DNA of 63,052 nucleotides, filler included, from Rhabdomonas costata (taxonomy: Eukaryota): the NCBI GenBank assembly GCA_019059605.1. It is 24 parts of 24 records of this genome, joined end to end, with 100 filler letters (N's around TTAATTAATTAA, not from the genome) between each part and the next. Parts side by side here need not be neighbours in the genome. Positions count along the whole stretch, not along the records: positions 1 to 2,535 come from JAHMHO010002973.1; positions 2,636 to 5,170 come from JAHMHO010002974.1; positions 5,271 to 7,805 come from JAHMHO010002975.1; positions 7,906 to 10,439 come from JAHMHO010002976.1; positions 10,540 to 13,073 come from JAHMHO010002977.1; 19 more parts are not named here. One strand, given 5' to 3'. The notes under the pieces were generated by a model. The model was not told where the DNA came from. It searched no databases and worked only from the letters and a program-made list of their open reading frames with translations. This document shows positions 1 to 10,563 of the stretch, piece after piece (position 1 is the first letter of the stretch; every line of letters begins with the position of its first letter). The position numbers and the translations under genes were made by a program.

Positions 1-2535
1 TTTGTATACCAGTGTATAGTCGGAAAACCACTCCTTACCAACCAGGTTAGGACGAAGCTGAATAAACTTTCCGAAAAAACTCCTAGTGGTATATGGTGTC
101 ACGAACCGGCTTGATAACCGGCTACCGGGTTTCGTTGCTGAGCAGCCATCCGGTAGCCAAGACCGATAGATTTGGACCGCTGTTAGGTCCAATTCTTAAC
201 AGGGTATCTGGATAAAATTCACCACAGATTTGCCAATGGTATAAAGCCGCTCTTTATGCGCAGATGCAGCCAAGGAGAAAATGCAAGCAGAAAAAATGAC
301 CACAACCAGCCAGTCTGGCACAAGGCGCCATAGATATGAAATTCCAAGCCACTTGGGCAAAGCATTCCGTCCCACTGCGGTATGGTGGTACAAGCGCTGT
401 ATTTTTAATGTCAAAGCTGCTACTTTTGGATCCTTGGATGTGATGTTGAATTCCCTCGTGCTCTGTTGTACTCTGTGCACCTTCTGGTGGTCACCGTTTT
501 TGTCGCCTTTGATGTTGTCTTTTCCAAGGCCCTTCCATTCCATAATGACCTAGAGGGAATGCTAATCACGGGGCAAAGCCCAAGAAAACTGGGTTTCCTT
601 TAATATTTTTCAAAACTCTATATAGGTGTGTGGGTTGATTTTGTCCTGAAACAAAAATACATATTTCTATTGTAAATCTTTCTCAGGTGTCACCCACCCG
701 GATCACAATCCGCCACAGCTTGCAACATCACAACTTACGTGTAATCAGGCGTCTGCAGCTGGTCACGCTTGGATCGGTTTTCAGCATCAATATTCATACT
801 ATGATTTTGCAGAGTGGTCAATGTCCAGGATTACCTTGGATGCCACCAAGAGCGTGACTTTATTACTACCGGTACGGCTTCGACTTGCTTCCGACGTCCG
901 GCGTGCGATATAACATGAGGTCTCCTTAGGTACTGTCTGATGCTGCAATGTGTGGATGCGTGCAAGGCTTTTTGGTCTTTCATTGGTTATTGTTTGGGTG
1001 GTGTGTTATGCAAAGGTGGCGGCTAGGCAATCTCTCTGCTTAGATTGGCCTTTCGAACACCTCGGTATCGCTATGCAAACCAACAGAATGGAAAGGTGTT
1101 ACAAGCTTTGCAAGTGGAAACCTGGTGTCTTGACTTCTGCGGGCTCTCGGCCTCGGGCTCTGCTACTCTGGCTATCCCTTCGGCCTCTATCCTCCATTCA
1201 AGCAGGCTTGGAATTGCGCAGCAACAGTTCAAAAACAGCAGCATTCACACCCACAACTGCAACAGCTACAATCCCACACTTCTACCACCCTCATTGCTTT
1301 GATCCGTATCTTTCTCCTCCGCGATTCTCTCCCTTGCAACCTGGTTACAACGCACACACAAAACAAGCACAAACACAGGAAATTACAAAGAATACCATTT
1401 GCTTAACCTTTTCCCATCCACTATCGTCTGCAGCAAAACCTGAATCCAACAAAAGTACCAATCTGAACGAAAAACTGGTCCAAAGAACTAGCAATTAACA
1501 TAATTCAATACAGTTTAAAGTAATAAACTTTTTGGTTTACTCCACTTGCGACATTCTTGTCACAATCTTCAAGCTTATTATTCTGTCATCAGTGCAACTC
1601 TCTTGTTCAAAACTTCTTTTAAGTGCAACTATGCCGCTTTACTCTTGCATCCATTCTGCCTCTGGCATTTTCACTCGGCAGTTTCTTACCGAGCTCCTCT
1701 TTTCCTTGAAGTTTTTCCTTCCGAACGTCTCATATGCCAGTGGGTTATCTTAATAGAAAACTTCTGGGATCCATTCGAATGAAAACGCATTGCAACACAA
1801 GGTTTATTCATCTGTCGCATACAACATGAAGTACAAAGAAGCTGGTGATGATTCCTCTATGAAACCATAAAAATGGTCTGCTTCATCCAAATTACGTCCG
1901 GGGAATACGCACATACAATCTTGACAATGCCAATGCTGTCTTTAGTCATCTCCACATACAACACAAAAGTTGTGCCATTACTATGACGGCACTTCTTCCA
2001 TCTCACTGCGTGGCCTCAGTGGTCACTCCATCATCTCTTATCGGAGAAGTCTCACTTACACTGGCCATTTCTTGCAAGATCTCCAACCTGCAACCATGCG
2101 TTTCCCACCACGCTTTTGCTTCTGTCAACACTTCCGATACTTCTTCGCTCCACTACACGTACTTCCCAATGGGATGGGCTACTGCACTCACTCCATTGAT
2201 CTGATACACACTTGGATCTGTATGTTCGTGATACTGTCCCGAATCACCCGATTAGATTTCCTCATCCGGGTATTCCTCATCTGCAATACTTTCATCATCC
2301 ACACTCATGTCGTACTCCAACGTTCTTGATTGAATTGGCAAACTATAAACCACTTCGTGCTGCATCCAGCTCCTCTGAAACTAAGATTTCCACCGCAAAC
2401 CTGTTCCTCTTCTACAACCACAACTTGTATGTCCGCTTCTACACCAGCTCCACCCATGTCATTCTTTCCACATCCACCTTAACATTGGCCATCATTCATC
2501 AACCAAACCATGTTCATCGTTTTCCAACAAAAACC

Positions 2536-2635
2536 NNNNNNNNNNNNNNNNNNNNNNNNNNNNNNNNNNNNNNNNNNNNTTAATTAATTAANNNNNNNNN
2601 NNNNNNNNNNNNNNNNNNNNNNNNNNNNNNNNNNN
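2536..2635. other. Artificial contig-joining linker N44-TTAATTAATTAA-N44 (first of 23)
   Basis: Identical 100-nt linkers start at 2536, 5171, 7806, 10440, 13074, 15708, 18340, 20973, 23603, 26234, 28865, 31497, 34127, 36753, 39383, 42013, 44642, 47271, 49900, 52527, 55155, 57800 and 60427. TTAATTAATTAA places TAA in all six frames. The segments between them are all about 2.53 kb, consistent with size-sorted contigs. Confidence 0.99.
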
Positions 2636-3180
2636 GTTTTGTAAATTAGCGTGTGTGTGTGGGGGGGGGGGTGACCCCGTGGTCCCTCCAATGGGACAAC
2701 CCGGCACCAGTGACACCCAGGTACCGGTGGTGCCCGGAATACCACTGGTGCCGAGTACCACTGATACCCGGGTTCGCCTTTTATATGCTTGATGATTCCA
2801 GGATGTTCAAGGTCCTCTATTTAATGTTAGATCAGCTTCGCAAGGAGTGGTACCCGACACCAGTGGCACAGTGCCGGATACCCCTCCCCACTACTTTGGC
2901 AGGACCTCCTGTGAGGGCTCGGAACAACCCAAGCTGGCCATGCATGTGGCGGGGTCCTCGAAAAAATCATAGGACAAACCTGTCCTGACCAACCCTTGAT
3001 CTTTCCCAGCGGATCTTTCCCAGCACGAGAGGCTGAGTGAAACCAGAATGCGACTGCGGGCACAATACACATTCATTTGATATCCTCTGCAGTGACTCTG
3101 AAGTTGCCCGTTCAATTGAGCCTTCCGCCATCGAGAAAAGGGAGAGTCAAAATGGGGGACACGACCTCGGGCACTGAGAC

Positions 3181-4941
3181 CTGCTCGAACTTGTCCAAGA
3201 CGCCACCGAAAAACCACAGGAAACCCGGGTCGGGCGAGTCAAAGAAGGATGCCAACGTGCCCTTCCCTTCCCTCACTTGGTGTGGCTTGCCATCCAGCAG
3301 GAAGTCCATTTCTCCGGCGGAATTCCAGAAAGAGGGCCGCTGTGTGCCTCCCGTCCAGCGATACCACAGCCCACTTTGCAGCTCCTCAACGGCTCCTAAT
3401 CACCGCAATCATATGGTCACCAAAGGAGACATACGCAAGAAAGTAAGTATGAAGGGGATTCGAATGGTATCCTGAGGATCATCTGCATCACCCTGTAACC
3501 TCCTGCCAGCCTTTCATTGGAGTCGCAGTGGAGATGCGTCAACAATCTTTGGTTTTTTGACTGCACTGTCGCTCGGGAGACAGACGTTGGTAGGCTTCAG
3601 GAACCCGATAGCTTAATCGTTAAGAGACTTATACTACATGAGTAAATCAGTCATTTGGGCACACAAAGGGCGTTTTGGTGGCGCGCTGAGGTTGGGTGTG
3701 CCCGAAATGGTAGATTCCGGTGATACCATTTATTCATTATTCATAGGTATCGCTCGCAAATCATGTTGGATTCCCGACCTGCGGTCTAGAGAATCAAGGT
3801 ACAGGGCTGACCAATTTTTTAACGTTACTTTTTTAAGATATGACTTATGACTTTGACGATCAACTTTTCCAATGTTGGCAAAAAGAAACCCAATGGGACC
3901 ACTGCGATGTGAGTGGGCAAAGCGGTGCACTGAGAGGCGGATGAGGGACAGTTGCCAAGAGCAAATCGGGGAGGGGGAAGAAGGCTGTGCAAAAATCTCC
4001 AACGTTGTCATCAAAAGTGGGCGAGTTTCGTCGGTCTGGGTTCATCAAACGTTGCTTTCGAGCTTGACCGACATCCAACGTCCTGTTAGGGTTGCTATTA
4101 TGTGACATGCGGGACGATGAGTGGGGTCCTGGAGCTGGAGCTGGTAGTGTGGTTTGACGGTGAAAACACACCACACCACCACAGGAAGTCCGGAGAATTC
4201 CAACAACAAGCGTAGAATTGATAAAAACCTTCTAGTTTCACCACAATCATAAAGTGCGAACACTGCAAAGTTATGTGGTTTACTACATCAGCAAAGGAAA
4301 GAAAAACATCTGCAACCAGCAACCAACCTGTAAACTCCGATTTTCAAATTCCAAGAGTTGTGAAAAAGGGAAATGCTGGACAAATGTGGTAAAAATTCCA
4401 CATCGATTTTCTGAAATCCCCTCGCACCAGCTAATGCTTAACATGGACAATTGCAGAGAAGTCGGAATGAATCCGACAGAAGCGTATACAGGACTTTGTT
4501 GCTGGTCGCCCAGGAGTTGCTCTGGCGGAAGGGCCTGACCCCTCACGATCCGCACCGCTTGGCCTTTCTCACACAGAGAGACTCCAAACCGGAACTGTGA
4601 GCAGCGAGAAAGGGAGGGCATTACTCGCATAAACCCAACACCCCTGTGCGCAAAGGCCAGAGCCAATCCCAAACACATCTACCCTGACCAGCGAGTCATT
4701 TCGTCCTAAACAAAGATGCATGTCGCTCAAAATGCCCAGTGAACAAACAAAGCGCACAGACACCGTTCCAGTTAGGGTGAAGCCATTGCCCACGGCCTGC
4801 CCATCGCGCAGAAACGTGAGCCCTTGCGGGGTCACTCGGATGGCCAGCAAGGTGCCCTGGGTCCATCCCGTGCCCTCCCCACCCACAACTTTGCCCTCCA
4901 AAAAGATCGCCAAGGCGCCCATCCGGCATGTGTAGGCCAGG
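3181..4941 (-). CDS. Partial multi-exon gene of unknown function, possibly with a SPRY/ConA-like beta-sandwich
   Basis: GT-AG bounded exons at 4941-4764 (LAYTCRMGALAIFLEGKVVGGEGTGWTQGTLLAIRVTPQGLTFLRDGQAVGNGFTLTGT), 4534-4428 (ALPPEQLLGDQQQSPVYASVGF...) and 3395-3181 (AVEELQSGLWYRWTGG...DKFEQ). The first two join in phase. GLTFLRDG...PVYASVGF resembles SPRY. Linkage to the third exon is unproven. Confidence 0.4.
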
Positions 4942-5793
4942 CTGTCGGGAAAATCTCTGCTTCCCAGGGCGTTGCGACAGCCCACCCTGTGGGCAACATG
5001 GGCAACAAGCCCTCGTCACAGACATTCCTTTTCCGAAGGCGACGATTCAAAAATGAGGAATACAGTCATGAGTGCAGATGGGCTTCGCCGGTCTAAGGAA
5101 ACGACCACAAACACAAAACACACAGTTGCAGTCCGCATTTTCAGTAAAGTCAGCAGTACAACCAACAAAANNNNNNNNNNNNNNNNNNNNNNNNNNNNNN
5201 NNNNNNNNNNNNNNTTAATTAATTAANNNNNNNNNNNNNNNNNNNNNNNNNNNNNNNNNNNNNNNNNNNNTGGGTGTGTGCCTGCAAATTAGAAGGTGAG
5301 AAAGAGAGATCTGGAATATCTCATTGGACTCCCGTCTCCTTCTTCAGAAAATTATGTTTTTGCCTGAGGCTCCAAAAAAGTGAGAGGTGAATGACGACGA
5401 GTGGACCCAGTAGCTGCGCTCCAACCCCGGTCCCCAGGCTGGGCGCGTAAGCCTATTCCATATCATGCGTGAACTGTGTCTGTGAGTGCTTTGCGCAATG
5501 AGGGATACAAGGTTGCACAAAAAGGCCTGCATGCGTGAGGAAGGAAATTCTTCCGACAGCAGAGTAAAGGTCGACGAATGGGCATTGTATGTTATATTTG
5601 TTGCATCAGTGTGCCGGTTCTGCTGGTATGCACTGAAGCACAAGTTCGACTTTGATTTTAGAACGAACTTCCGTTCCCCCCCCCCTCCTGGTTGCTTTAT
5701 TTTTTGCTATTCATCCTTTGGTGTATCACGTGGTGTTCATGTACCCCGCAAGGATTGACACGCCCATATCATTGTTGTTTGGGTTCCCCCCAG

Positions 5794-6394
5794 AAGTTGA
5801 CCACTGAAGATCCTGACAGCGATGACGAGGAGGCGGTTGCTTCCCAGAAAAGAGCCTCTCCTTTGAGCCCTCAGCTTGCGGTCTCCCCTCTCGGAGACCC
5901 CTCGCAAGCCATCAACACCTACTTTCTGATGGGATTCCGGAATAAGTTCGTCATTGGTGTGCATGTCTCACGTCTCCCAAGACTTGTTGTTGTCTTACTG
6001 GAAACCGTGAAACCTTGAAAGCGGCTTCAGGCTCCCAAAAGACTAAATAGGATCGAACGAAAAGATGGAGCTAATGGACAGGGTGTCCGGGCAAGAGGCA
6101 AGAGTGGTGCAGAAGTATGGTGAGGTGACACTTTTTAAGGTGCTCTCCGACCCCGCGGATGCTTTTGACCTCCTTTTTCGCACGTTCACATTCTTACTTA
6201 AGCAAATATACTCATACTGTTTTTCTGTTTTTTTTTCACTCGTTTTCATGCACGTCCTCATTCCCTGTCCTTTCCTGCCAAAAAATTCAAGTCATCGTGA
6301 CCCCGTGATCCAAACCCTGCCTAACCCATAGCTTCAGTTCAGAGCCCCCAACTCCAGTGGAAGCGCCTCGAGCACCCCCCACAAGGAAACGTAA
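5794..6394 (+). CDS. 3' end of a hypothetical protein (3 exons)
   Basis: Exons 5794-5956, 6051-6139 and 6332-6394 splice in phase through GT-AG introns and end at TAA: KLTTEDPDSDDEE...NTYFLMGFRNKFVIG-SNEKMELMDRVSGQEARVVQKYGEVTLFK-LQFRAPNSSGSASSTPHKET*. Confidence 0.55.
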
Positions 6395-7192
6395 TAACAG
6401 TATGAGTACCAGTAGTCACTGAGGAGGACTGGGGTGTTGTGACTTCGCTGTCAGCGCTTGCGGTGCTTGGGATTCTCAGGGGGTGGTGGAGGTGGCCCTG
6501 CCCTCCAGCTCTCTGCCGACATCCAGAGCGGGGCGACGTACCCCTCCGCCACGTTTGGCAACCCCAGACTGTGCGGGGGAGGCGAGGTCAGCCAGTTTGG
6601 GATCGCCAACTTGGAGGTGTATGGGGTGTGCTGAGCCGAAACGCGTGTGGATTGGGCCAAGGCTCATTGAGTCGCGCCATTGACTTTCGGGTGGTATGTT
6701 TTCGTAGAACATGGAAGCTGTGTGTTTTGCTTCTCCTGGGATCACTGCTGGCACTCTGCCAAAATTTGAGGGTGCACCTACCCATGGCAGTGGTGGTTGG
6801 AGCTACAAGAGACTCATAATAGATGGGAGAAGGCCATGCTCGAAATTTTCTTATCTTATCTGATCTTAATCTGGCTCGAACCCATTCAGACCTTGTTCAT
6901 ATTGAAGAGCTCAAACCCCCTTTGTGGTATATTTTGAGGCCCTGCTGTATAATTTTCATCTTTTGGCGAGTGATTTTTTCTGCCAGGCTCTCACGATGAG
7001 GATGTTGGTGTGCCTTGTTTTACAGGCCATGATCGGCAGTTGTATGGCTGGCTACTCTCTTGTGTTCGTCTCCGGTCATTTTCTTCAGCGTCTCTTCTTT
7101 TGATTCCAACAAGCTTTGCGGCGTTTCACCCCAGTGACAACTTCTTTGTCCCACCTCAATTAGCTAGTGTAAACCTTTGCATTCCCTCCAAA

Positions 7193-7299
7193 ATGAAGAA
7201 CATCGCCGCGTACCTTCTGCTTGGCCTGGGCGGCAACACTGAGCCGTCGAAGGAGGATATCGCCCAGGTGATCGAGGCCGGCGGTGGGGAGGCCGATGG
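7193..7299 (+). CDS. RPLP2: 60S acidic ribosomal protein P2, first coding exon
   Basis: MKNIAAYLLLGLGGNTEPSKEDIAQVIEAGGGEAD is a typical P2 N-terminus with high GC3. Probable GT donor at 7300. A pyrimidine tract and AG lie just upstream of the ATG. Confidence 0.9.
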
Positions 7300-8160
7300 G
7301 TTCTGTCCCTCCCTACCACCACCACCACCACCTTACTCCTAGAAACGAGGAACGGAGTTCGTGTTGCTGCGACCGCTCTTTTTGGATATCCGAGGGAGTG
7401 GCAACTCCAGCGATCATGTCAAAGCCGTAGCTCTCGTTTCTTCCCGAATTGATGCGCGGTGTCAGCGGCCTCTCAGCGCTTGTTTAACTTGACCATCAAC
7501 GGTAAGTCTATTCCTTCCTGAAGTCTATTCCTTCCTGCTTCTGGCTCATACCCACGACTGATCGATCATCTTTCCACATGTATTTTCAGCGGCTTTCAGT
7601 TCGTTTTGCTCAGGTCCAATCTTGGGCCTTCTCGGACGTACCATTTAACAGTTAACGATGAGCGGAGGTTTCGGTGACTGTCATCTTTTCCCTTTTGAAT
7701 CACTTTCATGGGCAAGTCCATCTGGCATAGCCAGTTGCCATTCGTCCTGAATCCGTTGCTTCGGGACTCATCGCTCACCCTATTCTTGCAATCCACACCC
7801 CCACCNNNNNNNNNNNNNNNNNNNNNNNNNNNNNNNNNNNNNNNNNNNNTTAATTAATTAANNNNNNNNNNNNNNNNNNNNNNNNNNNNNNNNNNNNNNN
7901 NNNNNTTTTTTTTTCACGCGGCACCATTTAAGACCATGCGTGTTCAGATAATAAACGGTCAGGTGTTTGGGGCTCGATAGGCAGCTGACCTGCTGCGATA
8001 CTGTTCGCAACAACAGATCACATCAAAACAAAATCAAAGTAGAAGGGAGATAAGATGCATCCTTGATAAGAGTGTCTGAAAGCACTTTCTTCTGGATTAA
8101 ATACTTTGTGAATTGTTCTATGGTGTGATCGATGGGTCGCCATTTTTGTTCTCTTTGCAG

Positions 8161-9422
8161 GCCACTGATGGAATGGCAATAGCTGCTTCCTTTCTTGTGG
8201 GCGAGGCGGTTGGCTACTCCACAACAGTGGCAATCATGCTCCACGAAATTCCCCACGAGGTTAGTTTCTCTCTCCTAGCGTACCTTTCTTTCCTCTGATT
8301 TTCTTGGAAATCTCAAATTTGTCATGCCTTATCTACTCGCTCTTTTTCTTCTATAGAAGCAGCTGCCGAAGGACCACATATCTGCAGGAATAACTTTTTT
8401 ACGAGACGCATATGCACAAAATGCCCCAATGCGATCTTTTTCATTGCGTCATGGAAATGATTGTCCATTCGTCTATTCTGTTTGGTTGACAAGGCGGCTC
8501 GCTCAAATCGGTGCTGTGTATGCTGTAGTTCCTGTATGTTTTTTTTTTTGCGGTTTTTCCAACAGCTCCTCCCCCGCGCCACTTCAGTTGAGTGTGGTTA
8601 TAAGTGAGCGTGCTTAAGGGGTCCACGGTATACATGTATTGTGATCCTCGCGGAGTAGACTGGTGACGACGTTCGTCCAAGCGCCTGCGAGCCAGGAGTC
8701 CGAAATCGCCTTGCCTCGCATCGGCTGCTCGACGAGTCGAGCTGCTTGAGCAATGCGCGCGCACACACATGAGGGGGTGGTGCGGATGCGACCGGGTGGC
8801 GGCACAGGTTGGGGATTATGCCCTGCTAGTGCAGTCTGGAATGACCCGGGGCAGGGCGCTTTCGCTGCAGTTCCTCACCGCGGTCGGAGCTCTGCTGGGC
8901 TGCCTGCTGGGGCTGGTCGCCGGGGAGCTCGTAGAGAGCTTCCAGTTTGGAGTGCTCCCCTTTACCGCGGGGGGCTTCGTGTACATCGCCCTTGTGGAGA
9001 CCATCCCCTTGCTCACCCAGGCATGCCTGCTTAGTCTCGCACCTTCAAGTGGTAGTTTCGCAGAGATACAGGAATACAGGAATACATTTCAACGCGCGCG
9101 GAAGGGCAGGGGCAAGAAGGAAAAACAAGTTGTGCGAATACTTGCCAAAGATGCCAAAGATTTTGGAATGGCAGGAGGTGGCTGAAGTTTGAGAAGTTTG
9201 AGATCGGGAGTGCAATTCTGAAGCCCGTAAGGGGTTTCTGGGGACTTTGTGCGCCGGGCACTTTTATGGGTGTACCCACGCGATTTAAGCATATTCCTCT
9301 TAAGTTTCTGCTGCATCTTCCTTTTGCAGGACCTTTCGACCAGTTGGAAGGCAATTCTGGGGGAGCTTTTCGGACTTTGTGCAGGCGTCGGCTGCATGGC
9401 AGCCATTTCTCTTCTTGAGTAG
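8161..9422 (+). CDS. ZIP (SLC39, LIV-1/ZIP7-ZIP13-like) zinc transporter, last three exons
   Basis: Exons 8161-8259 ([11 protein letters not shown]...LHEIPHE), 8808-9020 ([11 protein letters not shown]...[20 protein letters not shown]) and 9330-9422 ([30 protein letters not shown]). The HEIPHE-VGD signature is split by an intron. The last intron is GC-AG. Confidence 0.92.
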
Positions 9423-10563
9423 AGAAAGAACCTGTTGGTTGGCTCCTCCTCTTCAGTACTGTGGTAATGCAGGCGTCCGCCCATCGGGTGGGCTAGCCAG
9501 CGCCGACGACGACAGCTCTTTGTACCGAAACTGCGTCACCTTTAGGAGTTCCGGAGGTCGAGTCGTGTTTCTTTTTGACGAGCAGTGACGGGAGAATTGT
9601 TTTTTGGTTCTCTTGGCGCTGTCATAAGCCGAAAAGGCCTGCCACCAAGAGCATCGCGAAGCGCGAAGTGATGTGAAGCAAGTGAAAACCACTGTCTGTC
9701 TTCTGTTCCCCCTGCTGGCTTCTCTTGGTCGCTCAACAACAACCTGGTGCCTTCCTGTTTGGTCTACAAACCGATCAACGTCAATTTTACCGTTAGGAAT
9801 GTGTGTCCTTCTGACGACAGTGGCGTCTTTTGGAACGCAGCAGTTCTCCCGGAACGCTGCGTTCGGGTCCTTGAGGTCAGGCTTCCTAGTGTCCCTGATG
9901 TCCTTTTTTCGTTGATTTTCTTCGTTGATGCACTTCTGCTTGCCCAGCAGCGTTTCACTTTCTCGCTTCCCTGATGATGTCTGCGATGCCCAGGAAGTGC
10001 TATGTTCGGGACCCATACTCCTTTGCAGGTGCTGGAGACCACTCATTTCTGTTGTTCTTATTGTTTTCACGCGTTTGCTCACCGCTGTTGCTGGCCTGGG
10101 CGCACTGAATTTCTTTGTGATGGAAACTGTCCGATCGTTGGTGGGAAAATGAGGGCAAAATGGTGACCAAAAATTTCAGGTGTTCAGCAGCAGAGAACGA
10201 AAACACATGGAAAAAAGAAGAGGAGGCAACGGTACAAAGGTAGAGAAAAGGTGGTGAGACAAACGAAATTACCGATCAGATCAATCTTTTGTCCCTGCCA
10301 CTTTGCAGGCCATTCTTGGTTCTGACGGGGTCTTTTCACCCTTTTTTCTACCCAAGTTTGTCCCGCTCTATTTTTCCTTGGACTGGAATGTTTAGAAATT
10401 TCCTTGGCCACTCACCTGCGGAACTCCCTCCCCCCCAACNNNNNNNNNNNNNNNNNNNNNNNNNNNNNNNNNNNNNNNNNNNNTTAATTAATTAANNNNN
10501 NNNNNNNNNNNNNNNNNNNNNNNNNNNNNNNNNNNNNNNTGTTGGGTGTGTTGGGTGGGTGTG

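Noticed and set aside
9453-10082. 209-aa minus-strand ORF convergent with the ZIP gene
   Set aside because: It has no motif, a non-ATG start and no clear codon bias or splice support. It may be an exon but cannot be supported.
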